A stretch of 63,991 nt of DNA, counting the filler, from Klebsormidium nitens (lineage: Eukaryota > Plantae > Klebsormidiophyceae): NCBI GenBank assembly GCA_000708835.1. It is 4 parts of 4 records of this genome, joined end to end, with 100 filler letters (N's around TTAATTAATTAA, not from the genome) between each part and the next. Parts side by side here need not be neighbours in the genome. Positions count along the whole stretch, not along the records: positions 29,022 to 54,572 come from DF237837.1; positions 54,673 to 57,928 come from DF238591.1; 2 more parts are not named here. One strand, given 5' to 3'. Made by a program: the position numbers and the translations under genes. This document shows, in pieces, positions 46,101 through 56,849 of the stretch. Under the pieces are notes generated by a model, which saw only the letters and a list, made by a program, of their open reading frames with translations, was not told the DNA's origin and ran no database searches. Numbering within the stretch: the first letter of the stretch is position 1; each line of letters starts with the position of its first letter.

Positions 46101-47358
46101 CTGACCGCCTGTCTCTGCTTGCAGGCTCGTCACGACGGACAGAACTACGTCTTTGCGCTGCTGACCGGCTACAGAGAGCCCCCCGCTGGGGTCCACGTGA
46201 GTGCCGTCACGAGCTCTCTACCGCATGGTATCCCTGACGGTTAGCCAGGAAAAACTGATGGAAATCGTCGTTTTTTATTGTGGGCATGCCTTCCGAGCTG
46301 TGATTCTGGTACCTGCAAAAGTATCCCCATTAGGCACTGTTCACCCAGTGCTCAGCCCATTAGCAGCTGTGCTGAAGTCGCACTTCATGAGTTTGTTAGC
46401 CTCTCAGTTGGTGTCGTCCTTCTTGAAATCCTTTCAGCCGTCTTGCTGCCTGCAACAAAGCTGTTGCACAGGGGGCCGCTCTCCGCGCCACAGCAAGCCA
46501 TCCCCTGCTCTGACCCCTTCTGCTGGTGCGCTGGGCGGTGCAGGTGCGCGAGGGGCTGCACTACAACCCGTACTTCCCGGGGGGCGCCATCGCCATGCCC
46601 AAGATGCTCAACGACGGAGGGGTGGAGTACGACGACGGCACCCCCGCCACCGAGTCCCAGGTGAGAACCCGGCGAGGCAGGCGCGCCGGCCAACGAGAGA
46701 CGGAGTAAGGTGCGGTTCTGATTGGGAAGCCGCACGGGTGTGACGGGTGTGACGGGTGACGGGTGCTTCCGGTGCATTGATTTTGATTCGCTTCTTGGTA
46801 CTCGATGGCGGTATTGGAAAACGGTTTTCATGTGGACGAGTTTTGGCCCCCTGCAAGACCTGAGGCGTCCACGACTTCGGTTTCTCCTGGCTGGGGCGAT
46901 CTGATGATGTCATGTGGTTTGTGGAGCGGTTGAGCTTGTGGTGTTGCCGGTTGATATGTTTGCGCGTGCTGACTCGCTGACGTGTTGTGCAGATGGCGAA
47001 GGACGTGACCACCTTCCTGGCATGGGCCGCTGAGCCAGAGCACGACGAGCGCAAACTGGTAAGCCCTGCTCTGCCGCCCACGGGGGTCCGCTTAGGATAC
47101 AGAAGGAGCGCTGAATAGCAGGTCTCGCTATCTTCTTACCGGTTTACAATCGTCTTGTCTGATCGTGTTGCCGGACTTTGCCGTACTGTGTCAAGTCAAG
47201 TAGCACCCTGGTGGCAGACAGCCGTGCTCTTTCCTCCGCAGATGGGCATCAAGTGGATGTTTGTCATTGCTCTGGTGTACCTCCAAGCCGTCTACTACAA
47301 GAGGTGGAAGTGGGCCCCAATCAAGTCACGCCGACTCATAGTTGATGCCGTGAACTAG
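43196..47358 (+). CDS. CYC1: Mitochondrial cytochrome c1 (complex III heme protein), multi-exon
   Basis: Exons 43196-43288, 44110-44318, 45452-45731, 46125-46196, 46544-46660, 46993-47058, 47242-47358. Motifs [17 protein letters not shown], heme site [51 protein letters not shown], and a C-terminal TM followed by [13 protein letters not shown]. Confidence 0.96.
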
Positions 47359-48759
47359 AAACAGGAGACAAGAGGTTCCACAAGCCAGCTGAAGCGCTTG
47401 TGAGTCCTGTGTTGATACGGTATGCATCTCGCTCAAGGGAACAGCGTTTGCAGTAACATATGGAGCTTAGTGAACCACACGCACCAAAGATTCCAAAACC
47501 TTTGCCGTCGTCAGAATCATTGAATGATATTACTTGCGCAATAAAACGATGAACCTCTTCTTCACGCAACCATCAGACATGACATGAAATCAAGCTGCTA
47601 GTTCACACCGTCACATCAAAAGCAAGGCACCATCAAACCGGGCACAGTTGTTCCCGGACTTTGAGTCCTACGTAATACCTTTCTACGTACTTTGAATCTC
47701 AAATCTAGTTGGCAAATCTAGCTGGCAATCATTCGATCTGCATATGGACTGCAGACATCCAACGGACTGCCGCCAATAATAGGATGAGATCATACGATGT
47801 GCTAGTAGAATATGTGAGTCGTCAATGAGTTCAGTGATCCGATCGGACATAGATCATTGCCATATTCGTAGGTGTCCAATCAGTGTTAGCGGTGCCGGCG
47901 GGCCGCCGCGCATGGTAATGATAGCTTTTATATAAAAACTCTGCACATGATCCACCTGATCATGCATGCACATGGGGTACTATAATTAAACGTCGCATGA
48001 GCTAGAATGCGTGCATGGCCCAGTGTCGATCGGATTCTACTAGATAGTATGATTCAATCGGAAATCGAACCAATTAATTCTGCCGCTCGATATCGAGCTG
48101 ACATATTCAAGCATGTCTAGCTACTTGTTCTACAAAGATTGAATTCTAATATCATACGAAGGGACGTGCTCCGCGAGGTTCAGGGCAAATACAATCATAC
48201 CCACGTGCGTTCATTTTCAGTGCGTCGTGATGTTTATTTTGGTCAACACGTAATTATGTAGGTAGTTATGCATGGACTCAGCATGCAGTTTCCACCATGC
48301 ATGCCACACTTGATACTTGAACACATGCACATCTTCGCTTAATTTCCAATGATAAGTTTAATCTGCTGGGGATTTTGCAAAAAAACACCAATGAATGGAA
48401 AGAATTGATTCACAATATAGTAAAAGACTCATCAGTGTATTGCGACTTTTGTGTGCTTGGTTTTTTGACTAAGCTTGACCGTACCCAAGTATGTTTCACT
48501 TTCGACCCATTTGAATTTGATCAGCTAAAACTCCCGTACTGCAACTTCGGCCGTTTGCACCTTTTCTTGAAACAATCCACGTGAAAGTAAGTGCACGTCA
48601 ACGCGGAAACCTGCAAGTTTTTGCCATTGTTTGTTGCTAAATGACTCTTTGCTTGCTACTCCACATCGGAAAAACGCCCAACAACCCAGATCCTCGAAAT
48701 CCTTTAATCGGCAATTGTTTCGTATGTCACATAAATACAGCAACCACTTCCGGGAGCAT

Positions 48760-51700
48760 CTAAACCTTGGTCTCTCCGTTTAACTTGGCGGGCTTCACAT
48801 CGACCTGCACGAGCAGATGGACACTGTTAAGAAATTTAAGAGCAACTGATATTTCTTTACAATCAAGGTCACGGTTTGAGGAAGTTGTTTGGCACGGATG
48901 CCAACGAACCGCAGTACAGCAGTCGTATTGTACAAAAAGCACGTTGTTTGCACAATACCACTAAGAATTCAAGTCATTCCAAGAAGAACGTAGTCTCCTC
49001 TCAGCAGAGAGAGACAGCCAGCATTCGGCACAGCGGTTGTTCTGAAGAGCCGTACCTCTCCTTCGAAATCCTCCAATGACATGCCTTTGGATTCGGGCAC
49101 GAAGACGATGGTGCAGATTAGCCCCATGAAGTTGGCAACAGTGAGCACGATCAGGGCGTTCTGGAGCCCAATACCTGCGGGAGAGATAACTCACGACGTA
49201 AGAACTCACGGCAAGTCCTCAATCAGATAACTGTCGACGATCACTGCGGCAGACAGGAGGCAATCCCAACGGATGAGTAAACAATTCCCCCATTCTTTGC
49301 CGTGTGAAACATTCTGACCAAGAAGGGAGAGAGGTGTCACTTGGACAGGTCGCGGCTTCTCACCAGCGGGGTAGGGAGCGGAGACGGCGGGGTTCTTGTC
49401 CTGGGAGGCGTACAGGAAACCGAAGGCGCCCACAATGGCACCAGCCTTGCCGCAGGCAGCAGAGATACCGTGGGCAGTCGACCGGAACCTGGCAGACAAT
49501 AAAGAAAGGTCAAAACAAGGGCTCAAAACAAACTCTCGGAGCGCTGGAATACGAAGCGCTCAGACGAGGTTCGTCACGTCCTGATTCCCGAGTGTAAGTG
49601 AAAGTCCTCTGCAACGTCATGGACAACCTGTTGCTTCAATGGTGCTTCGATAGCGCTTCAATTACAGGAAGGATCGTCTCTCAGTTTCGTTTTCACGTTT
49701 TAAGACTTCGTTTTCCGTCTCTAAGTTTTTCCGAGGCGCTTGCAATGGGCCCTCACTTGGCGGGGAAGATCTCGGCGGGGACGATGAAGGTGGTGGCGTT
49801 GGGGCCCCAGTTGGCGAAGAAGAAGCAGAGCGAGTAGAGCGCGACGAAGGGGCCCTTCTTGGTCTTGAGGTTGTTGTAGTCGCCAGCCAGGATGCCCATG
49901 AAGAGCGTCATCATGAAGAAGCCGCCGACCTGGATCCACCACCGCCCGATGATGTCCACCGTGAAGACGGTGAAGTAGTACCCGGGGACGGTGGACCAGA
50001 GAGCGACCAGGGCCTGCGCAAAACACAATAGAGTACTGAGTCTTCGGAATCAGGTGAATCCAATCAGAGGCTCTGAGATGTGTGAGACTTGGTTGAGCGC
50101 AGACTTGGCTACGTCCTACAAAGCCTCAAAACAACTCAGAACCTCCTTCGAAGTTTACAGAGTACAGATCGCTCTGATTGATGATTCGATCAGGCCCTTC
50201 AAGGCCGCATCGAATTACCAACAGACTTCACTGGCAATGACAGACCACTCTGATTGATGATCCGATCGGGCCCGCACAGGCCGCATCGGATTGCCAACAG
50301 ATGTCACTAGCAGTGCAGGCACGATGATACTTGAGCGCGCGCGAGCTTGTACGCTTCAGTGAGGCCGGACATGGTGGTGTTCTTGGGCACCCAGCCAATG
50401 ATGGGAAACACATTGGACTGGAAGAAGTTCTGGCTGTAGAACGCGATGTCCAAGAAGAACCAGGTCGAGGTCGTGCCGATCAGCTGCACACAGGGCGGAC
50501 GTGCTGCGCTAATGAGTCCCTCGGTCTAGTTACACCAGGCGCGCTGACCTGGGCGCGCGCGAGTTTGTAGGCCTCGGTAAGGGCGGACATGGTGGTGTTC
50601 TTGGGCACCCAGCCGATGATGGAGAAGACGTTGGACTGGAACAGGTTCTGGCTGTAGAACGCGATGTCCAGGAAGAACCAGGTCGAGGTCGTGCCGATCA
50701 ACTGATGCGACACAAGAACGTCAGTAGGACGGAACAATACGCCCTGCGCATCCTTCTCCCCCTGGAGCACTGACGACAACAACCGTGGGGAAAAAACCCT
50801 GTCTTTTTCATCCCAAAAGCTCGCATGACAGCAGAATTATATAATCATCCGCGCTAGATTTCGTACAAGACTGCAGGTGCTTCAACGCCTCGACTCCGTC
50901 AAGGAGTTTGGGAAGAATCAATTGAAGGGATCCCCCTCATACTCACGTGCCAGCCGTGCCACTTGAGGAACCAGCCCCAGTTCTGCTGGGAGGGGGGCAC
51001 GTGCCTGGGCATGCCCCAGCCCTGCGCAAAAGTGTAAGTCTCCACAGCGGCGGGGTCGTATGCACCCTGCAGCTTGGCACCTCCCTCGATGGCAGCATCC
51101 TCAGCCGTGAAGTCAGTCTCCAAAACCCTGGCCATGTTGGCAGCAGTGCCGGCAGCATCCTGCACAAAAGCGGGAGTGTCAGAGTCCAGCTTTCTGGTGG
51201 GAAAAAACCAGGTCAGGTCAAAGACAATGTTTCGCAAGCAAAGCTGGTTACGATTCCTCAAATTTTTAGAAAAGTTCGCAAGCTTTGCTCGCAAGCTTTG
51301 CTTGCGTTACCTCAAACAACCTTGAGAATCGTAAGAATTCTTGAAGAAAGCTTACGAACCCTGGAGAACGGACTCGTTGATCGGCAATTGCAGTCACTAT
51401 CGGGCGCGCATGGACTTGCAGTCACACTACTAGGCGCGCATGGACGTCAAAAAACCAGAACCCTATATTTTCAAGTTGCTGGGAAAACAAGCGATGTAAG
51501 TACAGAGAACAAGTAACCCACCCCAGCAACAATGGAGGTGTAGCGAGCGGTCTCGGGCAGCTGGAGGCGGTAGTAGAAGGTGAGAGCAGCGGGGACGGCA
51601 CCCAGGGCCAAGACCAGACGCCAGGCGAAGTCAGAGGCGGGCAGACCAATGGAGCCGTAGGGATCCACGCTGAAGGGGGCGCGCGGGTGGCTGTGCCTCA

Positions 51701-53426
51701 GGCCACCGGCCACAGCCAGGGTGATGGCAGCACCAACCAGAATACCAATCCCCTGCATGCTGAACACAGCAGCCACAAAGGCACCGCGGGTTGCCCTGTA
51801 ATAGAAAAGGGCTGAAAAAGTTCACATGTGGCACAGAAAACACTTGGTTATTCGGTATAAAAGCAAGCAAGAGTAGATTGCTTCCTTGAACAATCTCATG
51901 CAACCAAGATTGACACAGAAACGTAGTCTACGAGAGATTTTAAGTGGCAGGGCAGCTTTTGACACATAGCTCTAAGAACCAAGGGTCAGGACACCGTAAC
52001 GACTACAGACTTGCAATTCGCTTGGGAAGGGCACTAGCAGATGCCCCTTGCATTTCTAATTTCTGAATCCACATGAGTTACATTAGCACAGCACTCACTT
52101 GTTGGCATACTCGGACATGATGACAGCAGACAGGGGGTAGTCACCGCCAATACCCACTCCCAACATGAACCGGCAGATGCACAGAGTTGTCACGACCGCA
52201 AGAGGCGTGGTCCCAAAAGACATGGCCTGGCCTACTCCAAAGACAACCATGGTGATCAGAGTAACACCATAGGCAGTCTTCCGGCCAATCTTGTCGCCCA
52301 ACCTGGAAGACAAACAACTCAACTTCAGACAAAAAAGCTCATGCGGCTGGCCCAGAATGCTCACAGTCTCAGCATTCGCAATTAGCGGTAACTGACGGTG
52401 ACCCAGTTCCCTCATTTTAACAGAGTTTCATCATAAGGATGACACACGGTTTGTAACTTTCACAACATGGACGACAGAGAATAACCCTGTGCGTCAGGGT
52501 CTACCTTTCTCTTCTCATCATGAGAAGGTCGGACATGCACTGCATACTGTCCCCTCCACAACCTGCTCCACAACCCCACCCCACTAGTTCTGCCAAAGTC
52601 ATCACTTGAGAGTACAGCAATCCTCATCCTGTGACACCTGACGAGGCAGCTGAATGAGCCATGCTTACCATCCAAAGAAAATCTGGCCAGCCAATGTCCC
52701 GCACAGGGCCACAGCAGTGATGGCAGAGTTCTGGTTGATGGGAAGAGCACCAGGCTTCTTGCCATAGAAGGAGGTGGGGCAGACTGTGTTCAGCGGGCAG
52801 CGTGGGGTGTAGTAGATGCGACCAATCAGCTTGGTCAGAAGACCAATCCTGTGGAAGAATGGGACTCGCTCAGAAGGGTAACACACCTATACACAGGGAC
52901 AAGGATTACTAGCTTTGCAGATTGCAGGTTGAACAGACCATCTCACTGGCAAGATCCAGACTTGCACTGCTCAGAGACGTCTGGCGCGGCAAGAGGAAAG
53001 TGCTACCGAGCGAAAGTGTTACCGGGACTCACGTAAATAGATCATAGGAATCGTTGAAGAAACCCATGCCTGCAGCAGAAGGCGAAAAGAGATGAGCAAT
53101 GGAAGCCTTCCTGTGCCAACATTCACAAGCTTCGACACTGGCTCAGTAAGTTCATCACTGAGTACATCACTGGGTTCGTCAAGGACTCCAGTACAGAAGA
53201 CGTCAAGGACTCCAGTGCTGAGGAAGAAGCAACGTCTTGCAAGTCGACCAGCAAAGCAGCAACTCGGAGGTACAGCACTACTGAAAGCTCAGTAGCAGCA
53301 GGCAGGCGCTCAGCATTCCTTCCCAACCTGTGAGCAGTGGTGCATACCTGCGATGATGATGGCCTTGAAGTGAAACCATGAGACCTTCTGCCCGTCAAGG
53401 GCCGCCAACACCTGAGACTTCACCAT
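48760..53426 (-). CDS. PHT1: PHT1-family H+/phosphate symporter (MFS), multi-exon, with a tandemly duplicated exon
   Basis: [46 protein letters not shown], signature [85 protein letters not shown] and [10 protein letters not shown]. The last exon [14 protein letters not shown] is inferred. Confidence 0.95.
50165..50316. repeat. About 76-bp imperfect tandem duplication inside a PHT1 intron
   Basis: cagatcgctctgattgatgattcgatc...accaacagacttcactggcaatga versus cagaccactctgattgatgatccgatc...gccaacagatgtcactagcagtgc. Confidence 0.85.
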
Positions 53427-54572
53427 GGTGCCTGCAGCGCCGACACACAATGCGCAGGTCTAGAGCAGGAGACGCTAGCTAGCTAGCTTCGCCCGCAATC
53501 CCGAGCAGCGTCCTCCCAAGTAACTTCAAGAGTTTTCCCGGAATGGTAGCCGAACGTAAATTTATGGAGGCCGCGGAGTGAAGGCTCAGGAGACGAAAAT
53601 ATGCTGCTTTCACTGCTTGCAGGGGCGGTGCAACTGGACAGCACGGCAGGGGCATGCAGCCGATGGAGAAGCTTGCTGTGTGGGATTCAGGAGGAATCTC
53701 CAGGCTGTTGCTTGAAAATATGCCTTTCCCTTTCATTGAGAGCAATGAAGGCCTCGTTGTCAGAATTCTAGACCAAACTCCAGCTACAGCTTTGGCAATG
53801 AGTTTGTAAAAGCAAGGCCTCAGGAGGCAAATCCCTCTCCAAAGTTGATGCCGCCTTCCTATTGGCTGAAAAAGCATCTTTCCAAGAAAGATTCCTTACA
53901 GAATCAGTTCGCCTTCCAGCAAACTCAGTTTGAGATCCTTGACCAGATGGCGCGTCGAAATGCGCTGCATGCTTAGAGCTGGAATCCGGAAACGAATAGC
54001 GAACTGGCAAGCAGTCAATCACTGATTGCAGGACCAACATCGAATTTCCCATCGAACGTTCACGTCGTAGAAACCACGCTTGTGCAATGTGAACCCCCTC
54101 CTCTAAGGATAACCAAACCGGAGGCAATCATCATCTACCCCAGATTCCGCCTCCCTCCGGTAATCAATGATAAAGTGACACTCTCGTACACGTGCACGAC
54201 GCAGGAAGACTGAGCACCGAGCGGGCCGGGGGTGTGCTCTCGTGCCGCATCCCACCGTCAAACAAGCAGTTGATCGGACGCTCAACAGCTAGACAATTTA
54301 CAAGAAATCTATCTTGGGCACTGTGATTGGCTGAGCCTGGGATTCTATAAAATTTCCGACCATTCACTAGTACCGGTACATATGGCCAATGGAGAGACGA
54401 CCGTCCGACGATCAGGCTCCAATAATGGGCTCCAATAAAGCTGGGACCGTACCGTCGAGCAGATGGAGCCTGCACACTGCACAGCGCAGCGGCATACGCT
54501 ATGCTCCATGTGTGCACTTTACAGTCACGGCTCATGCTGGCAAGCTGCGGCGGCTGCACGTCTACTGCGGTA

Positions 54573-54672
54573 NNNNNNNNNNNNNNNNNNNNNNNNNNNN
54601 NNNNNNNNNNNNNNNNTTAATTAATTAANNNNNNNNNNNNNNNNNNNNNNNNNNNNNNNNNNNNNNNNNNNN
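54573..54672. other. Assembly gap with TTAATTAATTAA linker
   Basis: 44 N, linker at 54617-54628, 44 N. Confidence 0.97.
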
Positions 54673-55242
54673 CGCAAGTTCTCCCTCCTGCTCATCGAGG
54701 AGAATCCGATCTTCCTCAAGAGCTTCTGCAGGAACCTCGCACTCCGGGGGCACGCGATCGACATCGTCCGAGACCTCGCCGAGTTCATGGCCATGGCCGA
54801 GGCGGGATCCATCCACCGTACGTACGACTGCGTCTTGGTCGACATGAGCGATGCGAACCTGGACCTGGTACAGAAACTGCGCAAGACCGAGAGAAGGACC
54901 GGCCTCAAGAGGCTTCCCGTCCTCGTCTCCGTCCCGTACGGCGCCGAAGGATGGGAGCGGCGCTACCTGGATGCGGACATAGACGGGCACTTCATGAAGC
55001 CCTGCAGCGAGGACGTCATACTCAGCCGAGTGACCGATGCGATCAGCTCCGTCAGCGCACTGGTGGCCATACACGAAGACAGCGCCAGCCAAGGATCTTC
55101 GGCCGATGGTTTCAGCATGAGCGATAAGGGATCCTTTCCTCGCACCACCGTCGAGAAGACGGCGTCGTCCATGACATCCCTTCCGCCCAGTGACATCGAC
55201 GAGACGCTTCGATCAGGCGGGGTCGGAGAATGGCATCACTAG
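54673..55242 (+). CDS. Response-regulator receiver (REC) domain protein, 5'-truncated by a gap, possibly the C-terminus of a hybrid histidine kinase
   Basis: The frame is open from the contig edge: LLLIEENPIFLK..RGHAIDIV..YDCVLVDM..LVQKLRKTERRTGLKRLPVLVS..LDADIDGHFMKP. It shows the acidic pair, the phospho-acceptor Asp and the conserved KP. Intronless. Confidence 0.75.
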   Translation, partial: RKFSLLLIEENPIFLKSFCRNLALRGHAIDIVRDLAEFMAMAEAGSIHRTYDCVLVDMSDANLDLVQKLRKTERRTGLKRLPVLVSVPYGAEGWERRYLDADIDGHFMKPCSEDVILSRVTDAISSVSALVAIHEDSASQGSSADGFSMSDKGSFPRTTVEKTASSMTSLPPSDIDETLRSGGVGEWHH

Positions 55243-55319
55243 CGTTCCGGTATCGAACATGACCCAGCGATCGTGCGCCTCTCGGCAAATATTTCTACCG
55301 GCGGTGATGTAGGGAGACC

Positions 55320-56228
55320 ATGCTAGTGACCGACACACTGACGGAAGGCTTCTGGGGCCAGGTGTTCCCTTGGATTCTGGAGATACTCCATTACGTCGAC
55401 CTGAAACGTTCGGGCGCCACGTTCAAGATAGCTTGCGCGAACTATGGTGTCGAGCCGGACTTTGACTGCATCGCGCCCTACATAGAGCACAAGTTACCCG
55501 ATGATGGTTCAGACCGCATCGTATACAATCTCACCCATCTCAAGACGGCTCACGGCATGGTGTTCCGCGAATTCGAGTCCCCGAATCGGCTGTGGAACAA
55601 GTACTTCGATTTCAAGCGGCCCATTCGCGAGGAAGTCGATGCTTTCGTTTCTCAGAACTTCACCGGTCGCACGCTGGGAATCCACTTCCGAGGAACCGAC
55701 AAGATGGTCGGTCACTGCATCCAAGGCCAGCTCATGTCCTACGCCGACATGGACCTCGTGATCGACGACTATTGCTCTCGCCCCGGAACGATGCCCGAAA
55801 CGATCTTCGTGGCCTCCGACGAAGCCAATTATATAGAGCATGTCAAGACTCTGTACGGTACCCGTTTCAAGGTGGTCCACCGTACAGACTCGTCGAGGAA
55901 CGAGAAGAACGTGCAGCGGCCCGCTTTCTACGGGGTCGATGAACACACCGGAAGACGCCTTCCCAGGACCCCGGAACAGGTGCTGGCTCTGGGGCGAGAC
56001 GCGATATGCAATCCGCTGATCCTCTCGAGATGCGATGCGGTGCTGAAGACTTCGTCCGCCCTCTCCGCTTGGGCAAAGATCTTCGAGCCGTCTCTCGAGA
56101 TCTGGCGGGTGAATGGATTTATATATAGGTGGTTTCCGGACGCCAGGATCCCCCTCTACGGTTCGTCTAATCCAGCCGTGCGAGCAATGCTGGACCGGGT
56201 CCAACGAGGGGAAGGAACGAAAGCGTGA
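55320..56228 (+). CDS. NodZ/FUT8-like (GT-B fold fucosyltransferase-type) glycosyltransferase
   Basis: 302-aa intronless ORF with LGIHFRGTDK (HxR GDP-fucose-binding motif I), IFVASDE (motif II) and ILSRCDAVLKTSSALSAWA (motif III-like). Confidence 0.7.
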   Translation: MLVTDTLTEGFWGQVFPWILEILHYVDLKRSGATFKIACANYGVEPDFDCIAPYIEHKLPDDGSDRIVYNLTHLKTAHGMVFREFESPNRLWNKYFDFKRPIREEVDAFVSQNFTGRTLGIHFRGTDKMVGHCIQGQLMSYADMDLVIDDYCSRPGTMPETIFVASDEANYIEHVKTLYGTRFKVVHRTDSSRNEKNVQRPAFYGVDEHTGRRLPRTPEQVLALGRDAICNPLILSRCDAVLKTSSALSAWAKIFEPSLEIWRVNGFIYRWFPDARIPLYGSSNPAVRAMLDRVQRGEGTKA

Positions 56229-56293
56229 AGCCGGCTACCGCTTTCAGATCGCGTTCGCACCCATGACGTATATTTTGTACGTGATTCGACAAT

Positions 56294-56746
56294 ATGGATC
56301 AGCTGACCTGGGTCTTGGCTCAAACCAGAGCTTATCTGTTGGCGTCTATCTCGGTCAAAGGCGTGGAAGACTTAGCCGTCACTTTAGACGTCTCCCATCT
56401 GGGGCTCTCTGCGGCGAGCATGGCCTGGCTGTGCGAGGTCCCGCATCGCCACGTCTGTTGCATGCCCATCAGCGGCTATTGGACGTCGTACGTGGACAAA
56501 GGGGTCATCACCTACTACCGAGGCGACCTGTCGCGCGCCTCGCGGTACGCCATGCACCTGCTGCGGCCGCCGGTGCACCACTATCTCCAAGAGACGGAGA
56601 GCGCCTTTGCGGTCTTGCTCGACGGTGACGGCGATCCCGTCTCTCGTAACACTCTGTATTTTCTGGATCTGGATGACGAAACGGAACAGAAACGGGTCGT
56701 CGCGTACATGGGACCTGGAACGGTGGGCATGACCAAGATCTGTTGA
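56294..56746 (+). CDS. Hypothetical protein (150 aa), intronless
   Basis: The ATG-initiated ORF fits tightly between its neighbours and has the same codon style as the other contig ORFs. No family recognised. Confidence 0.55.
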   Translation: MDQLTWVLAQTRAYLLASISVKGVEDLAVTLDVSHLGLSAASMAWLCEVPHRHVCCMPISGYWTSYVDKGVITYYRGDLSRASRYAMHLLRPPVHHYLQETESAFAVLLDGDGDPVSRNTLYFLDLDDETEQKRVVAYMGPGTVGMTKIC

Positions 56747-56849
56747 GGCGGTCGATACTCGAACTCCATAGCATGCGCCTGCCGTGAGGATGGTCGGGTG
56801 CATACGGCTCACGAGAAGCACCCCACCAGATAGCGTGGTTTGAGACGCA

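Noticed and set aside
45790-46760. Short tandem duplications in CYC1 introns (aaatagaaaacgcta twice; gggtgtgac repeats) and in PHT1 intron 1 (about 53175-53220)
   Set aside because: Ordinary slippage repeats with no further structure.
50175-50255. TGATGA...CTGA, a C/D-box snoRNA-like pair
   Set aside because: It is antisense to the host intron and is produced automatically by the tandem repeat. No terminal stem.
53427-54572. P1BS (GNATATNC) phosphate-starvation element upstream of PHT1
   Set aside because: Near-matches such as GAAAATATGC do not fit the consensus. No exact site was found by eye.
55300-55322. AGGGAG before the glycosyltransferase ATG as a Shine-Dalgarno site, suggesting a bacterial origin
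   Set aside because: Spacing is too short, the other island ORFs lack such a motif, and the island carries a eukaryote-type WNK-like kinase.
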